A DNA stretch of 54,697 nucleotides from Acidimicrobiia bacterium. Lineage in GTDB: Bacteria; Actinomycetota; Acidimicrobiia; Spongiisociales; UBA11373. Under the pieces are notes generated by a model. It saw only the letters and a list, made by a program, of their open reading frames with translations. It had not been told where the DNA came from and made no database searches. The stretch is taken from contig JAWVYO010000003.1 in assembly GCA_033722675.1 (NCBI GenBank), positions 1-54,697 on the forward strand, read 5' to 3'. Both the position numbers and the translations under genes were made by a program. Below, piece after piece: positions 41,976 through 51,046 of the stretch. Every line of letters begins with the position of its first letter. Positions within the stretch are counted from its first letter, which is position 1.

Positions 41976-43231
41976 CCGATCGGGATCCCCGCAGCGAGGA
42001 CCGGGCGTCGGGCGCCGACACGCCGCCGCCCGAGTCCGAGGAGTGGGCCGACCAGGAGCCGCAGTCGCGCACCCAGGCCCTCATCGACGACCTCGCCGGC
42101 ATCGGGATCGATTGGCGCGGCGCCCTGCTCGTGCCCGCCCTGGCCCTCGTGACCGCGTTGCTGGTGAGCGGCTTCATCATCGTGGTCACCGACATCGAGC
42201 TGTGGCGCAACCTCGGCTTCGAAGCCCTCGGCAACACGCTCGCGGAGGTCGGCCGCGCCTACAAGACGCTCTTCACGGGGTCGATGGGGTCGCTGCGGGC
42301 GATCTCCGAGACGCTCGTGAGCGCCACCCCCCTCATCCTGGCGGGGCTCGCGGTGGCGATCGGGTTCCGGGCCGGGCTGTTCAACATCGGCGCCGAGGGC
42401 CAGATCATCATCGGCGGCGTGTTCTCTCTCGGCATCGGCATCGCCCTCGACGTCCCCATCGTGCTGGCGCTCCCCCTGGCGATCCTGTTCGGGATGCTGG
42501 GCGGCGCCATCTGGGGCGGCATCCCCGGCTGGCTGCGGGCGAAGACCGGGGCGCACGAGGTCATCACGACGATCATGCTCAACAACGTCGCGATCTTCCT
42601 CCTGCCCTGGCTGCTGAAGACGAGCTTCTTCCAGGTCGAGGGCCGCAACGACCCGGTGTCGAAGACCCTCGAGATCGCCGAGCGGTTCCCCCGGATGCTC
42701 GGGTTCCTCGACCGGACCGATCTGCGGGTCCACGCCGGGATCATCGTGGCCTTCCTGGCGGCGTGGGCGATCTACTGGCTCCTCTTCCGCTCCACCATGG
42801 GCTTCGAATTCCGGGCGGTCGGGTTCAATCCCGACGGCGCCCGCTACGCCGGGATGAACGTGACCCGCTCCTACGTGCTCGTCATGGCGATCGCCGGTGC
42901 CATGGCCGGCCTGGGCGGAACGACCATCGTGAACGGCGTGCTCTATCAGGGGACGCCCGGCTTCTCGGCCGGGCTCGGCTTCGAGGCGATCTCCCTCGCC
43001 CTGCTGGGGCGGTCCCACCCCGTCGGGGTGGTCGCGGCGGGGCTGCTCTTCGGGGCGCTCCGGGCGGGCGGGCAGGAGATGCAGGCGGGGACCGACGTGC
43101 CGATCGACCTCATCCTCGTGGTTCAGGCCCTCGTCGTGGTCTTCATCGCCGCCCCGGCGCTCATCCGGGCGATCTACCGGGTGAAGACGGGCAAGGCCGC
43201 CGAGCAGCTGACGACGGGGTGGGCGACATGA
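41972..43231 (+). CDS. Nucleoside ABC permease (NupB-like)
   Basis: AGLFNIGAEGQ, GAHEVITTIMLN, GFEAISLALLG. Confidence 0.92.
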   Translation: MTDRDPRSEDRASGADTPPPESEEWADQEPQSRTQALIDDLAGIGIDWRGALLVPALALVTALLVSGFIIVVTDIELWRNLGFEALGNTLAEVGRAYKTLFTGSMGSLRAISETLVSATPLILAGLAVAIGFRAGLFNIGAEGQIIIGGVFSLGIGIALDVPIVLALPLAILFGMLGGAIWGGIPGWLRAKTGAHEVITTIMLNNVAIFLLPWLLKTSFFQVEGRNDPVSKTLEIAERFPRMLGFLDRTDLRVHAGIIVAFLAAWAIYWLLFRSTMGFEFRAVGFNPDGARYAGMNVTRSYVLVMAIAGAMAGLGGTTIVNGVLYQGTPGFSAGLGFEAISLALLGRSHPVGVVAAGLLFGALRAGGQEMQAGTDVPIDLILVVQALVVVFIAAPALIRAIYRVKTGKAAEQLTTGWAT

Positions 43232-44547
43232 CCACGGTGCGCGAGCCCGACGGCGCCCTGGCCGTCCGCACGCCCGAGGAGATCCGTCGGGCCCGGATCC
43301 TCGGCATCACCATGCTCCTCATGGCGGCGTTCGTCTCGTGGGCCTTCGCCATCGGCAGCGCCGGCAACGGGGATGCGGTGTTCGGCCTCGCCCGCGCCAC
43401 CGACCCCTCCTTCCCGGATCTCACGCTGAACGCCCAGATGCTCGGGTGGGTCGTGGCCGGCCTGCTCGGCGTCGCCGGCGGGGTGCAGCTCTGGCGGGGC
43501 TTCGGGAAGTGGGCGAACGTCGTGCTCGCCGTCGGGCTGATCCTGTTCGTCGTGGCCTTCCTCGGGTGGGCGGCGGCACAGTCGTCGCTCGGCCGCTTCA
43601 GCCTCGTCGGGATGCTTCAGGCCACGATCGTCCGCAGCATCCCGATCATCCTCGGCGCCCTCGCGGGCGTCCTGTCCGAGCGGGTGGCGATCATCAACAT
43701 CGCCATCGAGGGCCAGCTGCTGGGCGGTGCGTTCGTGGCGGTCATCGTCGCCGCCTCGCTGTCGGACCGCGACGACTTCCTCATCCTCGGCGCGCCGATC
43801 GGCGGGTGGATCGGGGTGGGCGCGGCGATGCTCTCGGGCGCGGCGCTCGCCTGGGTCCTGGCGGTGCTGGCGATCAAGTACCGGGTGGATCAGATCATCG
43901 TCGGCGTGGTGATCAACATCTTCGTGCTCGGTCTGACGTCGTTCCTCACCGTGCGCGTCCTCGCGGAGAACTCCGAGCTCAACCAGGGCCCGATCTTCAA
44001 GCCGCTCACCATCCCGATCCTCGGCGACCTGCCGGTGATCGGCCCGATCTTCTTCCGCAGCACGATCTTCGTGTACGGGACGTTCATCCTCGTCGCTGCG
44101 CTCACGTACGGGCTGTTCCGCACCCGGTGGGGCCTGCGCGCCCGCGCCGTCGGCGAGCACCCCAAGGCCGCCGACACACTCGGCGTGAACGTCTACGGCT
44201 ACCGGTACCTCAACACCCTGCTCGGCGGGCTCGTGGCGGGCTTCGGCGGCGCCTTCTTCACGCTGGGCTCGGTGGGGCGCTTCGACGAGAACATGACGAA
44301 CGGCCGGGGCTTCATCGGACTGGCCGCCATGATCTTCGGCCGCTGGCACCCGGTCGGCGCGATGGCCGCCGGGCTCGTGTTCGGCTTCGCCGACGCCCTC
44401 CAGCAGAAGCTCGGCATCCTCCAGACGGGCATCCCCTCGGAGTTCCTCGGGATGGCACCCTTCCTCGTCACGATCCTCGTGGTCGCCGGACTCGTGGGGA
44501 AGGCCCGGCCGCCGGCCGCCGACGGCCAGCCCTACATCAAGGAGTAG
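43228..44547 (+). CDS. Nucleoside ABC permease (NupC-like)
   Basis: SERVAIINIAIEG, RAVGEHPKAADTLGVNV, GRGFIGLAAMIFGRW, PPAADGQPY; ATGA overlap. Confidence 0.92.
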   Translation: MTTVREPDGALAVRTPEEIRRARILGITMLLMAAFVSWAFAIGSAGNGDAVFGLARATDPSFPDLTLNAQMLGWVVAGLLGVAGGVQLWRGFGKWANVVLAVGLILFVVAFLGWAAAQSSLGRFSLVGMLQATIVRSIPIILGALAGVLSERVAIINIAIEGQLLGGAFVAVIVAASLSDRDDFLILGAPIGGWIGVGAAMLSGAALAWVLAVLAIKYRVDQIIVGVVINIFVLGLTSFLTVRVLAENSELNQGPIFKPLTIPILGDLPVIGPIFFRSTIFVYGTFILVAALTYGLFRTRWGLRARAVGEHPKAADTLGVNVYGYRYLNTLLGGLVAGFGGAFFTLGSVGRFDENMTNGRGFIGLAAMIFGRWHPVGAMAAGLVFGFADALQQKLGILQTGIPSEFLGMAPFLVTILVVAGLVGKARPPAADGQPYIKE

Positions 44548-44572
44548 GCTGCCCGGCTACCCTCGCCGGACC

Positions 44573-45235
44573 GTGGCCGACACCCGTTCCGACACCGCCC
44601 GCCCCGGCACCGACCGTGCCGCCGTGCTCCTCGCCCTGCTGGCGAGCGCCTATGTGGCGGCCCAGCTGCTGAGCGACGTCACGTCGCTGAAGATCACCGA
44701 GGTGGCCGGTCTCTCCATGGACGCCGGGACCCTCGTCTACCCCTTCACGTTCACGCTGAGGGACCTCGTCCACAAGGTGGCCGGGGTCCGGGTCGCCCGG
44801 GCGCTCATCGTCGGCGCGGCGGCCATCAACCTGGTCATGGCCGGGCTGTTCTGGGTCGTCTCCGAGCTGCCGGCGGTGGCCGACACGGGTGCCCCGACGG
44901 AGCTCTTCGGCGCCGTGCTCGCACCCGTCTGGCGGATCGTCTTCGCCTCGATCGTCGCCGAGGTCGTGTCGGAGCTCATCGACACCGAGGCCTATTCGGC
45001 CTGGGTGCGGCGCTTCGGCGATCGGCACCAGTGGGGGCGGGTCCTGGCCTCCAACGCGGTGGCGGTCCCCGTCGACTCGGCGATCTTCGTGGTCATCGCC
45101 TTCGCGGGCGTGGTCCCGGCCGGCGACGCATGGGAGATCTTCGTGACGAACATCGCGGTCAAGGGCCTCGTGACCGTCGTGTCGATCCCCTGGATCTACG
45201 CCGTGCGGCGGCGTCTCCCCGAGGCGTCGCGCTAG
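44573..45235 (+). CDS. YhhQ/VUT-family (queuosine precursor) transporter
   Basis: LSDVTSLKI, AGTLVYPFTFTLRDLV, WRIVFASIVA, RVLASNAV..PVDSAIF..IAF. Confidence 0.82.
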   Translation: MADTRSDTARPGTDRAAVLLALLASAYVAAQLLSDVTSLKITEVAGLSMDAGTLVYPFTFTLRDLVHKVAGVRVARALIVGAAAINLVMAGLFWVVSELPAVADTGAPTELFGAVLAPVWRIVFASIVAEVVSELIDTEAYSAWVRRFGDRHQWGRVLASNAVAVPVDSAIFVVIAFAGVVPAGDAWEIFVTNIAVKGLVTVVSIPWIYAVRRRLPEASR

Positions 45236-46092
45236 TTGTTGATGTCGGGCGCGACCCGGCCGTAGAAGAGGATCTCCTGGGCGGCCAGCTCCTCGAAGGG
45301 CTCCTGGCCCTCGAAGCTCTGGGGGGCGTAGGCGCTGTCGATCCGCAGCGTCACGCTGGCGGTCCGCAGGGATCGCAGCTCCACCCGCTGGGGCTGGTTG
45401 GTGTCCTCCAACTCGGTCACCGTCGCCTGGGGCAGATCGTTCAGGGTGAGGGTGACGCCCTTCATGCGGGCGTTGCGGAGGAACCGCTCCTCGTCGTCGA
45501 GGTTGTAGACGAACATCTCGGTGATCTGGACCGGCGGTGAGAAGAAGAAGGTGATCTCGGTTCCGGGGAAGCCGCCGGCGGTGGCGTTCCACGAGTTCGT
45601 CGGGTCGTCGTCGATGAGGGCCTCGCAGGGGAAGGCGTCGAGCTCCGACGAGCACCGGACCCGGATGGGCTGCAGCTCGACGATGTTCAGGGTCGGCTGC
45701 GTCGTGGTGGTGGTCGTCGACGTCGCGGCGACCGCGTCGTCGCCGCCGCGGAACACGTTCACGGCGAGGGCGAGCACCGCCACGGTGAAGATGACCCCGG
45801 CGAGCACCATGAGCGCCCGGGCGCCGGCGGTGGTGCGGAGCATCGGCTGCGGTGCCACCGGCAGCGGCGTCTGGTCGAGGCGGGCCCCGCAGGCCTCGCA
45901 GTGGCGGGTGTAGGGCGGATTGTTCGAGTGGCAGGACGGGCAGGGAACGGCCTCGCCGGCGGCGGGGAGCTCGTCCGCCCGGGACGGGGTCGGGTTCGAG
46001 ATCGTCTGGGTTCGCGGCGGGGCGTCGTCCTCGATGGGCGGCGTGTCGTCGAGCGTGAAAGGCTCGAATCCGTCGTCGTCGTAGTCGCTCAC
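45232..46092 (-). CDS. Zn-ribbon + TM + Thr linker + discoidin/F5-8-like extracellular domain protein
   Basis: CPSC-x10-CEAC, one TM, TSTTTTTT, then ALIDDDPTNSW...YN..F.RNAR beta-sandwich-like domain; GTG 46092 after GAGG. Confidence 0.72.
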   Translation of the reverse strand: MSDYDDDGFEPFTLDDTPPIEDDAPPRTQTISNPTPSRADELPAAGEAVPCPSCHSNNPPYTRHCEACGARLDQTPLPVAPQPMLRTTAGARALMVLAGVIFTVAVLALAVNVFRGGDDAVAATSTTTTTTQPTLNIVELQPIRVRCSSELDAFPCEALIDDDPTNSWNATAGGFPGTEITFFFSPPVQITEMFVYNLDDEERFLRNARMKGVTLTLNDLPQATVTELEDTNQPQRVELRSLRTASVTLRIDSAYAPQSFEGQEPFEELAAQEILFYGRVAPDINN

Positions 46093-46218
46093 GCGTTCCT
46101 CGGCCTCGGGTGCTGATCGGGAGCGGTGCCCGGAGCCGACGCCGATCCTCGTCGGGCCGGTCGGGACCCTTGCCTGTGCCCGGTATTGTGCCATGCGCCG
46201 CGACTTGGACTGGGGATC

Positions 46219-46344
46219 ATGGTGCTGGGTGCGATCCGGGGGACCGAAGGGTGGGACGTGATCGGCGTCCTCGGGCTGATCGCGCTGTTCGTGGTCATCT
46301 TCGCGCTGATCGTAGTCGCCCTTCGTGTCACGGGCGATCGATAG
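46219..46344 (+). CDS. Putative 41-aa membrane peptide upstream of radA
   Basis: ATG after GGGGA; single hydrophobic helix VIGVLGLIALFVVIFALIVVAL; ends 11 nt before radA. Confidence 0.5.
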   Translation: MVLGAIRGTEGWDVIGVLGLIALFVVIFALIVVALRVTGDR

Positions 46345-46355
46345 GTTCGGACCCG

Positions 46356-47678
46356 ATGCAATACCGATGCACGGCCTGCGGGCACGAGAGCCCGAAGTGG
46401 ATGGGCTTCTGTCCGTCGTGCCGCAACGACGCCGCCCTCGTCGAGGTGCGCCGGTCCGGGGGCCGATCGACGACCCCGGCCGCACCCGTCGTCCCGGTGA
46501 CCGCCGTCGCCGGCGACGCCGTGACCCACCGCCCCACCGGACTCGGCGAAGTCGATCGGGTCCTCGGTGGCGGTCTCGTCGACGGTGCGGCCGTCCTCGT
46601 CGGTGGCGAGCCCGGCGTCGGCAAGTCCACGCTCCTCCTCGAGGTCGCCGGGGCCCTCGCCCGGAGCGGCAGCCGGGTCGTCGTCGCGTCCGCGGAGGAG
46701 TCGGCCGGGCAGGTGGCGATGCGGGCCCGACGGCTCGGGATCGACGACGACGCCGTGCTCCTCGTCGCCGACGGGGACGTCGACGCCATCGTCGCGGCGG
46801 CCGAGGAGGCGAAGCCCGACCTCCTGGTCGTCGACTCGATCCAGACGGTCGGGGTGGCCGAACTCGGTGGCGCTCCCGGAGGCGTCGCCCAGGTGCGGGA
46901 GTCGGCGGCGCGGTTCGTCCACCTCGCCAAGCAGACGGGGATGCCGGTCGTCCTCGTCGGGCACGTCACGAAGGACGGATCGCTCGCCGGCCCGAAGACG
47001 CTGGAGCACGCCGTCGACGTCGTCCTCGAGCTCGAAGGCGACCCCGACCGCGGGCTCCGGGTGCTGCGGTGCCTCAAGAACCGGTTCGGAGCGACCCATC
47101 AGGTCGGTTTGTTCGAGATGGGCGACGAGGGGATGAACGAGGTGCCCGACCCCTCGGGGCTGCTCCTGGGCCGGTGGCGGGGCGGTGTCCCGGGGTCGGT
47201 GGCCTTCCCGGCCATCGACGGCCGTCGCGCCCTGCTCGTCGAGGTGCAGGCCCTCGTCTCGACGTCCTCGACGCCCCAGCCCCGCCGGAGCGTCCGGGGG
47301 CTCGAGACCGCCCGGGTCCACCAGGTGCTCGCCGTCCTCGAGCGCCACGCCGGCCTGCGGGTGTCGGGGATGGACGTGTATGCGAGTGTCGTCGGCGGGC
47401 TGCGGATACGCGACCCTGGTGCGGACCTGCCGGTGGCCGTGGCCGTCGCCTCGTCGCTGCTCGGCCTCGCGGTACCCCCGACCGCGGTCTGGGGCGAAGT
47501 GGGGCTCACGGGCGAGGTGCGCGGCGTCGCCCACGGCGATCGGCGACGCGCCGAGGTCGACCGGCTCGGCCTCGAGGCGCTCACGCCGTCGGGGGAGGGG
47601 ACCGATCGGATCGAGCCGATGCTGGCCCGTCTCGGGCTCGTCGGGCGATCCCGGGGGGACTCGAGCCGGGAGCCCTAG
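46356..47678 (+). CDS. radA: DNA repair protein RadA/Sms
   Basis: CTACG..KWMGFCPSC Zn finger, GEPGVGKS, VDSIQT, GHVTKDG..AGPK, KNRFG, GEVGLTGEVR. Confidence 0.96.
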   Translation: MQYRCTACGHESPKWMGFCPSCRNDAALVEVRRSGGRSTTPAAPVVPVTAVAGDAVTHRPTGLGEVDRVLGGGLVDGAAVLVGGEPGVGKSTLLLEVAGALARSGSRVVVASAEESAGQVAMRARRLGIDDDAVLLVADGDVDAIVAAAEEAKPDLLVVDSIQTVGVAELGGAPGGVAQVRESAARFVHLAKQTGMPVVLVGHVTKDGSLAGPKTLEHAVDVVLELEGDPDRGLRVLRCLKNRFGATHQVGLFEMGDEGMNEVPDPSGLLLGRWRGGVPGSVAFPAIDGRRALLVEVQALVSTSSTPQPRRSVRGLETARVHQVLAVLERHAGLRVSGMDVYASVVGGLRIRDPGADLPVAVAVASSLLGLAVPPTAVWGEVGLTGEVRGVAHGDRRRAEVDRLGLEALTPSGEGTDRIEPMLARLGLVGRSRGDSSREP

Positions 47679-47693
47679 TAGCCTCGTGCCCCG

Positions 47694-48755
47694 ATGCCCG
47701 AACGTGAACAGGCCCTCGACGTCCTCCGGTCCCTCGCGCCGGGTACCCACCTCCGCAACGCCGTCGAACTGATCCTGCGCCAGAAGTCGGGCGCCCTCGT
47801 GATCCTCGGGTACGGCCCCGACATCGAGGCGCTGTGTACCGGCGGGTTCCACCTCAACGGCGCCGACTTCAGCCCTGCGCGCCTCGCCGAGTTGGCGAAG
47901 ATGGACGGGGCGATCATCACCGACGAGGCGGCCGAGGTCATGTACCGGGCCAACGTCCATCTCATCCCGGACCCCACCATCAGCACCACCGAGACCGGGA
48001 CGCGGCACCGCACCGCCGAGCGCGTCGCGGTGGAGACCGGTCGCCCCGTCGTCGTGGTCAGCGAGGGGCGCTCGACGGCGATGCTCTACATCGGGCGCGA
48101 GAAATACGAGTTGCGGAGCCCCACCGCCCTCCTCGCCCAGGCCAACCAGAACCTGCTGACCCTCGAGCGATTTCGGGGCCGCCTCACCGAGGTGGAGAGC
48201 CGCCTCACCCAGCTCGAGGTCGACGACATCGTGACCTATCGCGACGTCGTCATGCTCCTCCAGCGTGCCGCCCTCGTCCGTCGCATCGGACAGGACCTCG
48301 AGCACTACGCCGTCGAACTCGGCGGCGAGGGCGAGTTGACGCAGCTCCAGCTGGCCGACCTGCTCACCGGCGTGATGGAGACCGCGGAACTCGTGTACGC
48401 GGACTACTCGAAGGGGTACCCGCCGAAGCCGGCGCAGCCCCTCGACCTCGTGGAGGACCTCGACACCGAGAGCCTCTCGGACGCCTCGGCGGTGGCCGGT
48501 GTGCTCGACTTCGGGCCCCTCGACAGCCACGCCCGCCCCCGCGGGTACCGCATCCTCGAGCGCATTCCCCGCCTCCCGGACGCGGTCAAGGACTCCCTCG
48601 TCGACCACTTCGGCAACCTGCAGAAGCTGTTGCACGCGTCGGCCGGCGATCTCGACGAGGTCGAGGGCGTCGGACGGACCCTTGCCCGGCAGCTCCGCCA
48701 CTACTTCGACCGGCTCCTCGACACGACCCGCGCCTGGGAGATCGAGGACGAGTAG
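47694..48755 (+). CDS. disA: DNA integrity scanning diadenylate cyclase DisA
   Basis: LAPGT, ELAKMDGA, ETGTRHRTAER, PRGYR, C-terminal HhH (EVEGVG). Confidence 0.96.
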   Translation: MPEREQALDVLRSLAPGTHLRNAVELILRQKSGALVILGYGPDIEALCTGGFHLNGADFSPARLAELAKMDGAIITDEAAEVMYRANVHLIPDPTISTTETGTRHRTAERVAVETGRPVVVVSEGRSTAMLYIGREKYELRSPTALLAQANQNLLTLERFRGRLTEVESRLTQLEVDDIVTYRDVVMLLQRAALVRRIGQDLEHYAVELGGEGELTQLQLADLLTGVMETAELVYADYSKGYPPKPAQPLDLVEDLDTESLSDASAVAGVLDFGPLDSHARPRGYRILERIPRLPDAVKDSLVDHFGNLQKLLHASAGDLDEVEGVGRTLARQLRHYFDRLLDTTRAWEIEDE

Positions 48756-48814
48756 CGCTCTGGGTCGCCGGTGACCCCCGGGTACACTGGCGCCCCCCGA
48801 CCAAGACCTGGTGC

Positions 48815-49387
48815 ATGGCCACGAAGAAGAAGTCCTCGACCTCGACGAAGTCGAAGTCGACGAAGAAGAAGAAGAAGTCGGACTCGAAGTACTCCGTCGG
48901 CGACAAGGTCGTCTACCCCCACCACGGGGCGGCCACCATCGTCAAGAAGGAGAAGCGGGAGTTCGACGGGTCGAAGACCGACTATTTCGTCCTCGAACTC
49001 GCCACGGACCAACTCGTCCTGCGCGTTCCCGTCGACAAGACCGAGGAGCTCGGGGTCCGGCCGGTGATCTCCAAGACCGCCGCCCGCAAGGTGTTCGCCA
49101 CCTTCAAGGACGACCCGGAGGAGGCCGGCTCCAACTGGAGCCGCTGGTACAAGCTCCTGACGGAGAAGATCAACAGCGGCGACATCTACCAGGTGGCCGA
49201 GGTCGTGCGCGACCTCTCCTACGCCCAACAGGTGAAGGGGATCTCCCCGGCGCTCAAGCGAATGTTGTCGAAGGCGCGGTTGATTTTGACGAGCGAGCTT
49301 AGGTTTGCCCTCGATCTGTCCGAGGAAGATGCCATGAAGAAGCTCGATCGTGCCCTCCCCAAGGTGGAGGCGGACGAGGACTCGTAG
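48815..49387 (+). CDS. carD: CarD family transcription factor with Lys/Ser-rich N-terminal extension
   Basis: YSVGDKVVYPHHGA, GVRPVI, NWSRWYK, SGDIYQVAEVVRDL; -10 TACACT at 48783-48788. Confidence 0.93.
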   Translation: MATKKKSSTSTKSKSTKKKKKSDSKYSVGDKVVYPHHGAATIVKKEKREFDGSKTDYFVLELATDQLVLRVPVDKTEELGVRPVISKTAARKVFATFKDDPEEAGSNWSRWYKLLTEKINSGDIYQVAEVVRDLSYAQQVKGISPALKRMLSKARLILTSELRFALDLSEEDAMKKLDRALPKVEADEDS

Positions 49388-49391
49388 TCGG

Positions 49392-50435
49392 ATGATCATC
49401 GAGATCGTCCGCCTCATGGTGACCCTCGCCACGACGGCCGCCGGATTCCTGGTGGGCCGATCCCTGCTCGCGGGGTCCTTCGGCTTCGACCCCGACGCCG
49501 CCGTGATCATCGGGTCCGTCCTGGGCGCCGGTATCGGGTACGTCGGCGGTGGCCTCTTCGGACGGTCCGTCGGCAGGGGCCTCGACCGGGCGCCGATGGT
49601 CGTCGAGCGTGCCACCGGCCCCCAGCTCTTCGCCGGGGCGTTCGGCGTGCTCCTCGGCATCGTCGTCGGTGCCGTGGTCTCCCTCCCGCTCGTGGTGCTC
49701 ACCCCCTGGTTCGTCGGGTGGCCCCTCGCCGCCCTCCTCGTGGTCCTGGCCGTCGCCTTCTCCACCCGTGTCTTCACCGCCCGGGCGACCGACCTCCTGG
49801 CGGCGGCCGGCCTCCGTCCCAAGGGTCTGGCCCCCCGCCGGGCCGACGCCTACCTCCTCGACACCTCGGCGATCATCGACGGGCGGGTGCTCGAACTCTG
49901 CCGCACGGGCCTCGTGACGGGCGACGTCTGGGTGCCGGAGTTCGTGCTCGGCGAACTGCAGGCGATCGCGGACTCCGGGGATCACGGCCGGCGCCGGCGC
50001 GGCCGGCGCGGACTGGAGGTTCTCGAGGCCCTGCGAGACCTCGCCGGTGTCGACCTCCGCGTCGCGCAGGAGAGTGTGCCGGCCCACGAGGACGTCGACG
50101 CCAAGCTCGCGGCGCTCGCCGACGCCTGGAAGGCCACCCTGGTGACGACCGACTCGAATCTCGCCCGGGTGGCATCGCTCCGGGGCATCGCCGTGCTGAA
50201 CCCCCACGTGATCGGCGACGCGCTCCGGCCGGCCGTGGCGCCCGGGGAGACCATCACGCTGCTGCTCGAGAAGGAGGGCAGCGAGGACGGCCAGGCCGTC
50301 GGCTACCTGGACGACGGGACGATGGTGGTCGTCGAGGCGGCCGACGACCGGCTCGGCGAGACGGTGGTCGTCGAGGTCGCCAATGCGCTGCGGACTTCCG
50401 TCGGGCGCCTGTTGTTCGGCAGACTGGGGGGATGA
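49392..50435 (+). CDS. Membrane PIN/TRAM-domain protein (YacL-like)
   Basis: Four N-terminal TMs, LLDTSAIIDGR, PEFVLGELQ..ADS, RGRRGL, GQAVGYLDDGTMVVVE. Confidence 0.9.
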   Translation: MIIEIVRLMVTLATTAAGFLVGRSLLAGSFGFDPDAAVIIGSVLGAGIGYVGGGLFGRSVGRGLDRAPMVVERATGPQLFAGAFGVLLGIVVGAVVSLPLVVLTPWFVGWPLAALLVVLAVAFSTRVFTARATDLLAAAGLRPKGLAPRRADAYLLDTSAIIDGRVLELCRTGLVTGDVWVPEFVLGELQAIADSGDHGRRRRGRRGLEVLEALRDLAGVDLRVAQESVPAHEDVDAKLAALADAWKATLVTTDSNLARVASLRGIAVLNPHVIGDALRPAVAPGETITLLLEKEGSEDGQAVGYLDDGTMVVVEAADDRLGETVVVEVANALRTSVGRLLFGRLGG

Positions 50436-51046
50436 CCCCCCACGGCATCGTCGTGGCCGCCGGGGCCGGGACCCGGTTCGGCGGCACGAAGCACACCGCC
50501 CTCCTCGGTGGCGTCCCCCTGTGGCGGCGCGCTGCGAGGGCGCTCGAGGACGCAGGCATCGACGACGTCCTCGTCGTCGGTGACGTGCCCGGGGGCATCC
50601 CCGGCGGCGCCCGACGGCGCGACTCGGTGCGGGCGGGCCTCGCGGAGGTCCCCGTCTTCGTCGAGTTCGTCCTCGTCCACGACGCCGCCCGGCCCCTGGC
50701 GACCGCCGCGCTCGTCCGACGGATCGTCGACCGGCTCGCCCTCGGCGACGTGGAGGGCGTCGTCCCGGCCGTCCCCATTCGCGACACGGTGAAGACCGTC
50801 GCCGACGGCCGGGTGGCGGCCACCGTCGACCGATCGGGTCTCGTCGCCGTGCAGACCCCCCAGGGCTTCCGGCGCGATGCTCTTCTCGCCGCCCACGATG
50901 CCTCCGACGAGGACGCGTCCGACGACGCCCTGCTCGTCGAGCGCGCCGGGGGGAGCGTCGCCGTGGTGGAGGGCGACCCTTCGAATCTCAAGGTGACGTT
51001 CCCCGACGACCTCGCGGTCGCCGAAGCCCTGCTGGAGCGGCGATGA
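50432..51046 (+). CDS. ispD: 2-C-methyl-D-erythritol 4-phosphate cytidylyltransferase
   Basis: AAGAGTRFGG.K, GGARRRDSV, LVHDAARP, DTVK, VQTPQGF, DDA, NLKVTFPDDL. Confidence 0.93.
   Translation: MTPHGIVVAAGAGTRFGGTKHTALLGGVPLWRRAARALEDAGIDDVLVVGDVPGGIPGGARRRDSVRAGLAEVPVFVEFVLVHDAARPLATAALVRRIVDRLALGDVEGVVPAVPIRDTVKTVADGRVAATVDRSGLVAVQTPQGFRRDALLAAHDASDEDASDDALLVERAGGSVAVVEGDPSNLKVTFPDDLAVAEALLERR

Noticed and set aside
44548-44572. preQ1 riboswitch upstream of the YhhQ-family gene
   Set aside because: The gap is only 25 nt, with no A-rich tail or stem; it looks like a simple -10 plus near-leaderless start.
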